Shown here: piece after piece, positions 1 to 13,007 of the stretch
Numbering within the stretch: the first letter of the stretch is position 1
How the letters are laid out: each line of letters starts with the position of its first letter
Assembly (NCBI GenBank): GCA_039545335.1
Contig: BCIN01000004.1
Span: 672,925 to 736,924, forward strand
Length of the DNA stretch: 64,000 bases
From: Kondoa subrosea
Taxonomy: Eukaryota
Direction of reading: 5' to 3'
Notes under the pieces: model-generated
The model's input: the letters and a program-made list of their open reading frames with translations, nothing else
What the model was told of the DNA's origin: nothing
The model's database searches: none
Made by a program: the position numbers and the translations under genes

Positions 1-772
1 AAGCAAGTAGTTCTGGCTGTTTCGTCTTGTCTAAATCTGAGATTTGCGGCATTTTTTAATCGAGTGCTTCAGGTCTCAAGTACGTAGCCCGCTTGGGTTC
101 GCCATTCGGACCAGGCAGACGATCAGCATATTTACTGAATTCGAGAGGATCAAGAGAAAGACAATCGGTCCAGCATTCTGTTTTATGCTTAGCCCATTTC
201 TTGTGGACAACGTACTGTTCAATTGACTGTCGTGCGCTGCTCCGAAGGCATCTTGCGTTATAATTGTGTAGCTTCGAAAAGATTCGAGTTCATGAACTCG
301 AGCTGACAGTGTTGTTTAGAGTCATACGAAGGTATCAAACCCGAGGAGCAGATACAGAGGGTATATTGTAGATCTCAGCAGTCTATCACTACCCTCGTGG
401 CCGCTCGAGATGGAAGCATGTTTTTGGATCTTACCTGCTTACATCGACTTGCGCAAAGGAGTCACAAAAGACTTCTGGATCAAATGTACTGCGCTGAGCC
501 AGGATGGTAATTCCGTTCCAGTTCAGCAGATTTTATTCATTTCACCAATCTCTGGCTGTCTTATCTAATCTTATTCAACCTCGGCGGTACTTTCCCCTAT
601 TGCTCTACGGTTGTTTCGGCATTCCCCTTATGTTGCGCGACGGCTGACTTATCAAAAAGAGGGGTGCGAGCTCTTTTAGTGATAAGCTTTGCACTATTAT
701 TTCAACCACTCTGTCTTCTTCTCGTACCAAACACGATTCTGTCACTTTCTTTGTACGGCTCACTACCAGATT

Positions 773-1914
773 ATGTCTGTTTCTAAGGTCTATTTGATTT
801 CTGGTGCAAAGTGAGGCTGTTTGACTCCCGACATTATCGTATGCTGACAACACTCTCTTTTTCTCGCAGCCGCGGTATAGGCTACCAGCTTGCAGCGCAA
901 TTGATCGAACGCAATACCACTAGTCAGCTAAACATCTCGCTGTAGTGCTCATGAGATTGAGCCCTGGTCTTTAGTTGTATTTGCTGGTGCACGCGATCCT
1001 ACCAAAGCTACCGAGCTGAAACAATTGCAAGAGAAAGATCCGGCTCGATTACACATCATCAAGCTCACTTCTGCTTCAGTCGAAGACAATGCAGCAGCTG
1101 CCGGGGAAATAAAAAATCAGGTTGGCCATCTTGACGTGCGCATCGCTTGTGCTGGTACGCAATTTTGTTCACAGAAGATTGATCAATTTCGCTCGTTTCC
1201 TTTTAAGGAGTCTCTGCGCTTTCTGGTAATATCGCCAATGCGCCTTTGGAACACTTCGAAGAGCAATGGAAGGTCAATACTCTTGGTCCAATTGTTCTGT
1301 TTCGCGCGACTCGTCAGCTTCTCCTCAAATCAAGCAACGCACAGTCCTTTGCCATGTCTTCCAGAGTCGCTAGTCTTACAGACATGATGGGTGGTATACC
1401 TAACGCACGTAAGTAACTCATATCCGCAGTTGTGTTCTCAGCTCAACTTCGTGTTCTATGATGCTAAGCTTACGCATGCAGCAAAGCGTGATTTGTCTCT
1501 GCCTTCTGAATCTGCTGCTTTAGGCTAATACTACTCAAAAGTGCACTGAACTATCTGGTCAAGAAGCTAAGCTACGAAGAAGAGAAGATTACGAGTGTTT
1601 CTTTACACCCCGGTATCGTTGTATGTTCAGGACTCTCTTCTACTCATCATCTGTGTTTTGATATTCTGCTTTGCGCAGTCCACCAATATGGGCAATCAAG
1701 CACTCAAAGATATGGGAATGACTGCAGCAGACATGGCAGCTTTTGGCGCTGTTCTAATCACCCCTGAAGTTTGCGCACAAGCTTTGATTGCTTTCTTTGA
1801 CAAGGCCAATCGAGAAGATCATAGTAAGTCTTTCTAGCGAGGATTGGAAACGTAGGCTAATGTAACGTAGGTGGTCATTTCTTAGATTACGAAGGCAAAG
1901 AATTGCCATGGTAG
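773..1914 (+). CDS. Classical short-chain dehydrogenase/reductase (CsgA/sniffer-like), multi-exon
   Basis: Spliced translation MSVSKVYLISGANRGIGYQLAAQL...VVFAGARDP, YACSKA (YxxxK), LHPG, C-terminal GHFLDYEGKELPW*; GT-AG introns. Confidence 0.85.
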
Positions 1915-2033
1915 TGTATTTTCTGTGCAATGCCGCTAGTCGAAGTAGGGATCATGACCACCGAGTATTCGGTATTTATAGGACGATTGAACGGATTTGC
2001 TGGTGATAATAATTTCAAGTCTGAAGTACAGCT

Positions 2034-3724
2034 TCATTGAGACTTTCCCGATCTCCTTCTCTCCTTCTCTAAACCCTTTACCAAAACTTCAGCCGCTTCT
2101 CTTACATCCGCATAGGTGTTATACAGAGGTGCAGGAGCCAAACGAATCACATCAGGTTCCCTCTCATCACCCACTACTCCCGAATCGCTCAAATATTGCA
2201 TCACACTTTGCATCACGCCTTTGCCCATAGGTAAGAAAAGTAGACTGAGTTGAGCACCTCTTTCGCTTGCATTGTTCGGTGTTAGAATAGTGAAGGCTGG
2301 TTGTCCTTCATAACCTTGAGCTTGATTTACAGGAACACAATAACCGCTAGCTAGGAGTAATTTTTCGAGGTATCCGGTCAGAGCTTCTGATCGAGTTCTC
2401 AAGCTGTTCATTCCATGATTCTTGAAGGTCTCTTGAAAGACTTCTAATGATGCATAGAGTGTAATCGTAGCTAGAACTGAAGGATTGGATAGCTGGAATC
2501 CGGCTGCTCCTGGTGATGGGTCAAAGGTCGAAGGCATACTGAATCTGGTCTGCGAATTATGACCCCACCAGCCTGATAATCTGCATGATACTTTTAACGC
2601 CTGTTGGAACAGATGGGAAGCATTAACCGACCTCGCTCGTTTAGCGTGTCGTTCATGCACAAAGATTCCCGCTATTGATCCAGGACCAGCATTAAGGTAT
2701 TTGTAGGTACACCAGGCTGCAAAATCGACGTTCCAGTCATGTAGATTGAGAACCACATTGCCAACCGCGTGAGCTAGATCGAACCCAACTAGACAGCCCT
2801 AATAACAAGAATGGTCAGCACAAAGAGCTATACCGGGCTTCTGGCTTACCTTGGCTTGAGCAGCTGCTGTTATCTTCTGCGTTTCGAAACATTGACCAGT
2901 ATAGAATTGCACACCGCTGAACATCACGATCGCTATCGAATCTCCATGTTCTTGTATGGCTTGTAGGATATCTTCTGTGCGTAATGTGTATTCTCCCGTT
3001 CGCGGTGCGACTGGTATGAGAGCTATAGCAGGATCTTGACCGTGCATTTCAACATGGGAAGTAAAAGCATACTAAGATTATTGTATTCAGCAGTGTATGC
3101 AGTGAAATTAGAGAACACATACTATATCGGAAGGAAAGGCTTTCTCTTCAAAGAGGATCTTGAATCTTTGTTTCGTTGGTCGATAGAAACTTGAAAGCAG
3201 TGTATGAATGTTGCCCGTCAAAGAACCCATGCAAGCAACTTCAGATTGTTTAGCTCCTACGATTGTTGCTATACCAGGTACAACAAGTGTTTCGACGCTT
3301 TTCCATGGCCTGTCTAAAGGATGATCGAAATGCCCTAACACGCCTCTGCCGTACCATATCAGCCGAACATCGCCGAAACTAGAGATGCAGATTTACTTCT
3401 CTGACCAGACAGCAAGCTCTTCAGAAACAATCTTTGCTGTCCGTTTTGGCATCAAGCCTAGAGAGTTTCCACACAAATAGATTGAAGGTTCGTCGCCTTA
3501 TCATACAAGCAGAATATAAGCTAAAGGGAGGACAGATTCATAAAGCGAAATAACACACCCTTTGAAGCAGAAGTACAGCCTGTAGCTCGCTTAGATGGAA
3601 TATGGAAATGATGCCTTGTCTTTGACGAATCGTTGCGATCAAGGTAGTCAGAGAAGCTGGGATCAAAGAGACTGAGCGAGCCTGAAGCAGCAAGCTGTCT
3701 TGAAAGTGCATCTGCTCTGGCCAT
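2034..3724 (-). CDS. BNA5: Kynureninase (PLP-dependent, de novo NAD synthesis)
   Basis: [71 protein letters not shown] motifs. An in-frame upstream ATG exists at 3811. Confidence 0.95.
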
Positions 3725-3954
3725 TATCGATGTTGCTTGTAAAGCAGCTCTTTTGACCTGATACGACCGAAAGACTTCAGTCTGATCTCTCTGCGACAGC
3801 GGCTTACACATATTTCTGCCAGTCTGCGTGCTGTATATTGTTCTCAGCGCCTGCTTTCGCTCACATAAGCCATCGCTTTGATTACGTAATCCGCTTAAGG
3901 GCCAATTCAGCTTCTCACTTCTTGCTCTTGCTCTTACGCATCTGCACTACATCA

Positions 3955-5291
3955 ATGTCATCGCTGTTCAAGACTCCTCGTCCTTCTCCGCTGGGCTCAA
4001 TCCTGGCATTAGGGCTCAATCCAGTCATTTGCGGCCCTCTGTTGGCGATTCTCACAAAGTACCCTCAAATCAAAGAGCGGATTCCATTTCTGGTTGAAGC
4101 CATTCGTCGCTATCCGATCTTAGCACGCGTACCAGTTATCAGAATCTTGAAATGGATGCTTGGATTGGGTCTGATTCAGAGCACAAACCGCTACTTGAAC
4201 AGGCTAGCATGTGAGGGCTTTGTTGCTGTGATATGTTTGTACACTTATGCGGGCTGTTAGCCAATCATTGGATCGTCAGAGCTGATACAGCTAATTGGGA
4301 TTGGCCGAGAGAAATTGCTTGTGTTACTGGAGGAGCAAATGGAATCGGTCTGCTCATTGTCAAAGGCTTACTTGCAAGGGGTGTCAATGTTGCAGTGCTA
4401 GATGTAGCGCCTATGGATGCTTCAGTCAAATCCGGTGGGCGGTCTCCTGATGTGTTTCTTGTTCAGCTGATTGGGTGGAATTCCAGACAAGCTATTCTAT
4501 CAGAAGTGTGATATCACTAATGTGGATCAACTACACGAGGCCTGTGATGCGATCAGAAGCAAGCTTGGTGACCCTACAATTTTAGTCAATAATGCCGGAA
4601 TTGGGCATGCAGCTGCTATTCTGGACATTAATGAATCAAAATTGAAGAAGATCTTTGGTGAGTATTTATATTGCACATCGGAAGTTGTCTTAGAGGTCAA
4701 GCAGGCGTAAACGTATACTCACACTTCTACACCTGCAGCGAATTCGTTCCAGCCATGATCAAGGCAAACAAGGGACATGTAGTTGGTATCGCTTCAATGG
4801 CCTCGTTCTTCACCTATTCTTCCACAACCGACTACGCCTGTACCAAAGCTAGTGTTTTGGCTTTCCATGAAGGTCTTTCGCAAGAATTGAAACACCGGTA
4901 CAAAGCTCCCAATGTTCATTCAACTGTTGTACATCCAACTTGGGCACGTACAGCTATCGTCGGTATGTCAAATCATCTTGTGACTGCAAAAGGTTATTGA
5001 TCTTTCTGTAAGGAAACAATTTCGATGAGACCCTTATGGGCAAATTGCTCGAACCAGATTATATCGCCAATGCTGTATTGAACCAGATCTTCAGCGCACG
5101 AGGTGGTCAAATCATCCTACCACCCGCTTTGAATTGGGTTACTATGATGAGAGCTTTCCCTAATTGGGTACAAGAGCTCATGCGTGACGGTTTGGTACGA
5201 TATCCTTTATTTGGTACTGATGGTAACACTCATGTAAACCTAACAGGGTAAATTGGCGACAGATTTAACAGGAGCGATGGGGCATAAGTAA
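3955..5291 (+). CDS. SDR, 17-beta-HSD11/retinol dehydrogenase-like, with N-terminal membrane segment
   Basis: VTGGANGIG, NNAGI, IASMAS, DYACTK (YxxxK), VHPTWART; spliced model ends GAMGHK*. Confidence 0.88.
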
Positions 5292-5433
5292 TTCTGTATT
5301 GAAGACGGGATTCAGGCTGTGTATGAATGTATATATGTTGGTCATTCAATGTCAATTTGTTTTTAACGAAGCTGTCGTACCATAACTTAAGCTTTCTACA
5401 TGCCTAGACTCTGAATTAAGCCGTTACAGATGT

Positions 5434-6377
5434 TCACAGGACATCGCCCGAAGCGTTAGTCGCCTTGTCCGCCAGGTGAGTAACGTTGCCTAATCCTAAT
5501 ACCGTTCCATTCCAGCTTTCTTCGCCAAATTCCATCTCAATGGTGAAGATCGAGCAATTGCCATATCTTGCAGCTGGATCATAGACGATTTCAGGTCCAC
5601 ACTTGTAATGACGTTGAGTCATGATAGCTCTGATAAAATCGCGCAGAGGAGCTCCATGAGAGGAAACGAGGATATGAACCTCTTGAGTTTTATCGATTGA
5701 TGATAAAACTGAAGAAGCGCCAGTTGCAGGGAAGAGGTCATCCCAGAAGCTTAGAGCACGCTTTTGCATAGATTCAGATGATTCAATACCCTTTTGAGCG
5801 GCTTCCTCAGCAGAGAATCCTTTGACTGGGAATTGCTTGCGGTTCTTGCCCTTCAAAAAAACAATGAAAACAATTCAAGGAGTAACAAATTCTGGCCTAC
5901 AGCAATTTCACCGAAGGACTGCTCGACTCCGGATCAGTACACGAAGAGTTCAGCATTCGTAAAAGGACTGACCCTTTCGATAATACGTTCGTCAATGGAC
6001 AACGGCACAGCCCGCTCTCCGATTGTAATCTTTGCAGTCTACCGAAAGCATCAATCCAGCTCTTTGTCGCGCAGGAAAGACTCACCTCAATAGATCTTCC
6101 TAAAGGACTGGCATAGGCTTGATCGATCTTCCAGTCTTCAAATGTTCAGCAGTCATTTTGCATTGCGTTCGACCTAAGTCAGTCTGAGGAACATCCAAAG
6201 TTCCAGCAAAGAAGTCTTGCTTGTTGGCGGCTGAAGACAAGATCAGACGCAAGCTTCTGAGCATCAGAAAGAGAGCTGACTAGTTTCGCCATGTCTCTGT
6301 CCACAAGATCAAAATATCAGCTTGATATGAGAGCATAGTGTGGAGTTACTTACGACTATCTTGACAATGTATTTCAT
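5434..6377 (-). CDS. Histidine phosphatase (phosphoglycerate mutase/TIGAR-like)
   Basis: Spliced MKYIVKIV-RHGET, YASPLGRSIETA, ILVSSHGAPL, GNCSI, GNVTHL. Confidence 0.88.
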
Positions 6378-7010
6378 CTTGGAAGAATGATCAATAGGAA
6401 AAAGCGAAGAAAGTAAAGAGAACGTTTTCTATCATTCACCGGGCGGTGTAGATATACAAGACACTGCTTAATGCACAAGAAGACAGTAGAGAAATACCGC
6501 TTGAGCAGTTATGCGCTAAACACGGTCCGCGAAAGCGTTTGGGCGTAATTTCCAAAGAGCACGTTTGGCACAGCAGACCAACTAAATCTTGCGCTTCCAG
6601 ACTGTTTGTTTTACTAGCAACTGAAAGACGACAGCCTGTTTTCGAGTGACCTCAAGCGACTTGGTCAAAGGAGACATGCTTAGGAGATGTGAAAATTTCT
6701 TCAGAAGAGATTTGGCGAACACACACTCGTCAAGGACACTTTGATCAACGATTCCGAACACCAAGACCAAGGCAGGTCTATATGGGAGAGACATTTTGGT
6801 TCATGCGCATAATTTGAGTCGAGAACTTTGCAGATCCTTTGCTCGGTCTGGCCTGCTCGCACAATATCGTGTAGAGGAGCGCTACTGAAGCTGTCGACTC
6901 TCGCTCTGAAGTAGACCGGACGTCATGCCGAAGAGTCGCCCCACATCATCAAGCTCAGCTCATTTCATTTGATCGGTGGTGGCCAAAAATACCTTCTTAT
7001 CTGCTCAACG

Positions 7011-7827
7011 ATGTCACCAATCATATTCAAACGAAATCTGGGTAATAATCCTTACGCAAACCCCTTCGCGAATGGACTGTCCAGTCAAATTGTAACATGG
7101 ATAGCAGGTAATTACATTTCAATCAATCAGTCTCACATTCACTCACTGAATGCATGCGAATCAGTTGTGGCTTCTCTACTTTTCTTCTCCTTTATCTTCC
7201 TTTTTCGATACAGCAGAGTGAACAGAACGCATCAAGTAACAATGCGAACAATGCTCTTACCAGTCAATACCAATATCCCTCGCCTAGGGATTCATCCAGT
7301 CAAACCTCGGCCTTTGGTAGTAGCTACCTTTACAGGACCAAGCAGAGGTAGAAGGAGAGTGTCTGGTGCGGATATCGGTTCTGGAGGGAGAAGATTAGGT
7401 GGAAGAGATATAGATGATTTGGAAGTTGGCTCTACAGATGCATTACCAGGTTAGCACTCCTTTCCACTTGATCTGAAGCTTCAGTCACTGATCGAGCATT
7501 ATGGAAATAGAATACAAAGCTAATCAACCAGGTCTACCCGATTACGCGCAAGCTTGGGGTGAAGATCAAGTACCAGCTGTAACAGGAAATGCACCTGAAA
7601 TGCTCAGCGTTACGGAATACGAACGAGCAACCAGAGCAGCTGCAGCGGGAAACTCTGAAGCGATCGAAATGACCGAACAGAGATCACATGCAAACTTACC
7701 AGCACCTATAGCAAGAGCAGCCGATTATCTTTCTTCTTTACGGAGAACGAATAGCAATCCTGGGTCTGGGCTTGCGATACCGCCTCCTGCTCTTTCGCGG
7801 ACTGGATCAAGGATATCCATTCGATGA
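7011..7827 (+). CDS. Single-pass membrane protein with LPxY motifs (possible Rsp5 adaptor)
   Basis: MSPIIFKR..., TM segment IVTWIAVVASLLFFSFIFLF followed by RYSR, then LPEY and LPDY after splicing; two GT-AG introns. Confidence 0.65.
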
Positions 7828-8011
7828 TCTATACCGGTTGTCAGGGCGCATTGAAAGAAACAAAGAAAGAGATGTAGAATAAGGAAGTGTTATATTAGTC
7901 CATTCGGCATGAGGGCTTCGCGTTTATTTGTCACAATAGTGTAACATGGACAATTGTTGATATCATTATGCGTGTATACATCGGAAAAATGCACTATACA
8001 AGATGTTAACA

Positions 8012-9420
8012 TTACAGGAAGTATTGCTACACGAGAGTAATCAGAGGCGATACTAAGACACGACAAAAAGAGACTTACTGAAGCGCCTGTCCGAGCTGGT
8101 GTTTTGGTTTCTTGGTCCGGTACTGCTCTCAAATTATCAGTGGTGGAGTTATTTGCATGACGCAACTGACGAACCTGCTTCAAAGATCTTGAAACTCGAT
8201 TTATCCACCACACCACCATCTCTCACTTCCATAATACTAGCTACATTCCCACATCTTCAACAACACCAAGATCAATTCTATTTCCTTCACATAACAGGGC
8301 AGCAAAACTTACCGATAACAATAATTTGGAGCGCTCCAAACCGTGACCAAAGTTTCATCAAACATGAATTTATAACCTTCTTGAACCAATTGATGAGCTC
8401 TAGCGATTAAATCCAATCCATTGACTTGATTGAATTCAGAAGTGATTTTCGCTCCAAACAGCCAACCTGCTCCTCTTGGTGAAATGGCCCATGAATCTAC
8501 TTCATCCGGATCAGACCACATGAGATCTATTATGAATGAAGCGTAAGATTAGAAGAGGGGGAAGAAGAAATGGAAGAGGGATAGAGCGGACCGCAGAAAG
8601 CTCCTTCGTGAGGTATTTCTTGCGCTCGTGCGATCACTCGAACTTGGTCCAAAGTACGAATTTCAGGTGACAATCCACCATGGACGCATAATATCGATCC
8701 ATCAATTACCTATACATGCGATTAGCACTTGTAGGAGACGAACAAGGAAAGAAAACCGCACTGCTGCCAGATTTAGGAAATCGAATACTGCACAACACGC
8801 TCTCCAGACATTAGCATTCCCATATTTTTGCTGACATTCATCTATGATCGGGTAAGTAGATATTAACAGAAGCAAAAGAGAGATATGCTAACCATAGAAG
8901 CCATAAGCCTGCGTTATCTGCCGCGACTCGTGATTCCCTCTTAGTAATGTTACTCGATCAGGCCATCTGCACGCATCATTAGATATCAATAAGTCAGCAT
9001 TCTAGTGTCAGCACACCTCGCCTTCAGACACAGCAGTAAAGAGAAGGTTCTATGCGATGATCAGCTCGATATACGCCAGATTCAGCTTGTTTGTGCTTAC
9101 TCCAAGCTATTCCGACCTCGATCAACGAAATCGCCCTATCCTTTTCGATCAGCCTCTGAGCCATACAAATACAAAGACAGACATACCATGAAGACATAAG
9201 CTGTATCTGGACATTTCCCACCAACTTTAATGAGCTCGAGTAAATCCCAAAGTTGACCATGAATGTCTCCAACGACAGAAACGGGTGAAGAAACAGGTTG
9301 AACGTTTGATTCCTCTGATAATTGAGTTCGAACGATTTCACACAAAGCGTGCATTGTTGCTTCTGGTAGCACTTCTCCTGCTTCGATCCGCTCTATGCAT
9401 TGCTCTGGAGTTAACCACAT
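8012..9420 (-). CDS. SIT4: Ser/Thr protein phosphatase 6 catalytic subunit (Sit4/Ppe1)
   Basis: [62 protein letters not shown] (PP6-type), C-terminal QYFL* after the last intron. Confidence 0.92.
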
Positions 9421-10107
9421 GAGCTTGTGATATAGGACAGGTGTAGATCCTGTAGGAGAGTGAAACTGTGGAGGCCGAGCTTTGGTCGAGTAAAGAAGAA
9501 AGTAATAGTGTTGTTCTTACGCGACGAAGCGAAGAAGTGAGAGAGGCAATACCAGAGAACTGCTGAGATATCCGTCTGCCTCATGCATATCCCCGACAAG
9601 ATTATCACAGCGATTCGGCTGGCAGACGCGCTTGCACCCATCTCTGAAATTTCAATAACTCCACGTTTGGCTCCATTGGGCTCTTGCTGCATACTAAGCT
9701 GTCATCTATGATCGCTAAAGTGACCTCGACGAGTGGGAACAATGCACAGCGAAATTCGAGTCCGACTATAGTTGATAGCATGAAAATTGGGCAGCGCCAG
9801 TCGCGTTCAAGCGACACACGATTGCTGTATATACCTTCTAAAACCTCAGGATCTGATGCTCAAAAGAACGAAATTCTGTGCATTGTTTCAGGTTTGACAA
9901 ACAGTTACGATCGACATCTGCCTTGCTTTCAACGCGCTACCGGCTGCCTACTTGTTGCTCGTCCCGTTATCAATCTCACAAACCTCTTGTCTCTATGCTC
10001 AACTGAAATGTTCGTACAATTTCGCCTAATTCGTCATTATCAAACGCGAACGCCGGGAACCAATTTATTTGTTGCCTTCTCTTCTTGTCACTCAACCGTG
10101 TCCTAAA

Positions 10108-11339
10108 ATGGTCTTCAACTCTGCTAATGTACCATCAAGACCAACCTACACTGGTCCTTGTAGCTGTGTTTGGCCTTTGGAATACGAACGCCAAAGAAGA
10201 AGAGCTCAGATCGAAACCAAGATGGAAGTGATTAGTTCTCCAATAGCTGCTATAGTGAATGCCACTATGCGTAAGTATACTCTTCATTTCATCAACTTCA
10301 TACTATTGCTGATCTGCTGAAGAATAGCGGATGCTGTTAATACCGTTCCTGGTAGTTTTGGAACAGAAACGCCTTTCACGCAAACACCAGCAGTAGATGA
10401 CCATATGGAGAATCATACTTCATACTTGCAAATACCTACTGTCATACCGACTGCGGAGAAATCAATACCTTATCCTTCTACTTCTAAAGAAGATAGCAAG
10501 AAGATTCAAATGGAAAGACTTGCTGCAGATGCCAGAGCAAATGAAGCGAAGGCTTCGAAGAAGAAAGGTTTGGCAGATCATAGACGACCAGATGTGTTAG
10601 CAAGGTAGATCAAGAAACGGATGGGGAAATCAAGTGAGTCTGACCTGTTCATCTATCTGAGTTGCTCTCATCAACTTATCTCACACAGCCGAGAACAAGA
10701 TGCGCGATCTATTCGCTTACCGGGAAGATCTAGTCGTCACGCTCTCTTCCCTTATACCAGCATTTCAACAAGTTTCCGATCAACGAGAAGTGCTCAGCAG
10801 CGACACCTCACTCTGTGTTTCGTGCGCTGGACGTCTTGCAAACTTTCTTTACTATTCACCGGCTCGCTTCGAACCCTATCTTTCGGAACACGCTACAAGA
10901 GCTTATTTATCTCTGGTTGACGATGCAGTTTCTTCGCTAGAAATGAGATTACCTCTGCAACAGATCTCGCACCATGATCTAGAAGCGATTCTTCGAGGTG
11001 AATTAGCGACAGTGGAATGGAGAATCAGCTTGAAGGTGAGTTCATCAATACTTACATGGGTTTTACTGGCTGACATTCCTGGGATAGATGGCTGATTTTC
11101 ATCGAAAGACTCAATACCTTCACTTCTTCCCTATGAAAATGGGTCATTATGCTCAACTCAACATGTCTGCTGTACCACCTCTTGAATCAGAGGGCTTCCT
11201 ATCTCGTATCAGCAAAAAAGGCTTGTCGACTATCGGACTGGGTGGGAAGACCAAAGCTGCTGCCATCAATCTAGTGAGTCTGTGGATGAACACGTTTCTG
11301 TTTGATTGCTTATTTATATTGTTTCAGGCAATGGGCTGA
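10108..11339 (+). CDS. Hypothetical protein, multi-exon; contains an in-frame TAG at 10606 unless an atypically long intron removes it
   Basis: ATG in AAAATG context; exons linked by GT-AG introns (e.g. 10634-10688); no recognised domain. Confidence 0.55.
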
Positions 11340-11399
11340 AAGTTGAAACAATGATTCTTCTCGTACATATTGTCGATTATACATAATTTATTACATCCG

Positions 11400-12891
11400 T
11401 TATGCTGCTTCTTGCAGATACTGCCCAACAACTTGTCCAACGAGCCACTTCTTGTAACCTGGCAAAGGATCTTTCTTCCATCGCGGATGATTGAGCAATT
11501 GTTGCCAATGCTCCGCTTTGTACCCGATCAATCGTTTCTGATCTGAGAATCCGCGTCGAGACCTGTAACAGGCGCAACAATTTAGTATTTCCGAAGCAGA
11601 GCAACGCATGAAGCGACGAACATGAAATCGAGCACTTCATCCTGTCCCAGACCATGCAGTCGTTCATCAAGAAATTTGCCCATTTCGTTGTTTCGTTCAG
11701 CAATAATTAGCCGTGGTTCATCTTTTAGCCAATTCGCGACATGTTCTTCAACTAAAGGTAGGTAAAGATCTTCTAAGCCTTCAAGCTGGTCTTCCGCTAG
11801 GTAGGTTTGCCATAACTCAGCGTTGAAGAGAGCTAAATCTTTTTCCTCGATGATTCCAGCAGCAATTCTGTGCAACGTATTAGCATGAGATGCGATTTAA
11901 GCGTGAGGAAGGACCGCACAGATTGTCGCTCGTAACGTTTCCTAAGAGCAACGCTCGGCCAGTCCCATCTTTTATCTGGTTGAAGAAACTGGTAACGGTC
12001 CATTCCTCTTCTGGTTCAGGTGAAGAATTGATCACAAAGGGAGATTCTGCTCTCGGGTTGTTTCGTGAGGGAGCATCGGGCGAAACAGCAGGCGGATTAG
12101 CTTGAACTAGAGGAGGAGGAACAATGCTGAAATGTTGATTTCGTGAAGGAGCATTGGTAGAAGAAGGTCGATACGGTCCAACACGTAGAATTGGAGAAGA
12201 TTGGTGATGACTAGCGATCAGACGAGATGGGCCAACTGAGGGAGAAGAAGAGTGAGACGGTCGTGATGAATCTTGCGCTGTACTACTGCTTGTGCTTTGC
12301 AAAGGTCTTCTTGTTGTAGAGGTAGACGCTTCAGACAGTCGCCGTTTCTTATTGCTCTTCTTAGTGTTACTGGAAGAGTCGATTCTTGGCATAGTACTCT
12401 TGCGGGAAGACCTTCGACAGCTTTGAGTTCCATCTGCTTCCGAGTCGAACACTCCTTGTACATCTAATACTTCAATATCTCGTCCTGCAGATGTCGGCTC
12501 CAGTAATGCCAATTCTGCGATGGCAGCTACTATTTGATTTCTTCTGATTTCTCTTTCGCTAGCTCGCAGTCGACTCATTGAGCAGACTTGGAAATGATGT
12601 CGCGCCTTAGGGCAGTGAAGAAGAGCTTGAACAAGATCGCAGCTGTATCTTTCTCCCAGTACGCTGAAAAGCACATAGCAATGTAAGTCTAAGGATCCTG
12701 CATATTCATTTTGGGAGAACAAGCGAACTTCGCACATTGTCCAGCAAGCGTCCGCCGCAGCATCCACAGCTGACAGGCTCAATAACAGCAATATTTAGCA
12801 GAGAGATCCATCCTTTGGCAAGCCAAGCCTGCGTCTGTCTTCTCCATTTCACATCGGTATCAGGACTCGACTGGACTTGAGCTGTACTCAT
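11400..12891 (-). CDS. Hypothetical protein with disordered S/P/R-rich middle, NLS-like KKSNKKRR and helical C-terminal domain
   Basis: MSTAQVQSSP start; ORF pieces 11880-12791, 11582-11875 and 11400-11609 can be joined by short GT-AG introns. Confidence 0.6.
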
Positions 12892-13007
12892 CCGCGCTAT
12901 CAGTAGGAAGGGAGGCTGTAGGTCAGGATCTGTTAAGCAAGGCGAAAGAAGGGCTCGAGCTGGAAGTATGAGTACAAGAAGCTTCATTTAGTAATACATT
13001 TTGGCGC

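Noticed and set aside
1..52. Possible minus-strand gene start (MPQISDLDKTKQPELLA) at the window edge
   Set aside because: Too little sequence to support a call
6582..6794. 70-aa minus-strand ORF in an intergenic gap
   Set aside because: No recognisable motif or splice partners; lies in a divergent promoter region
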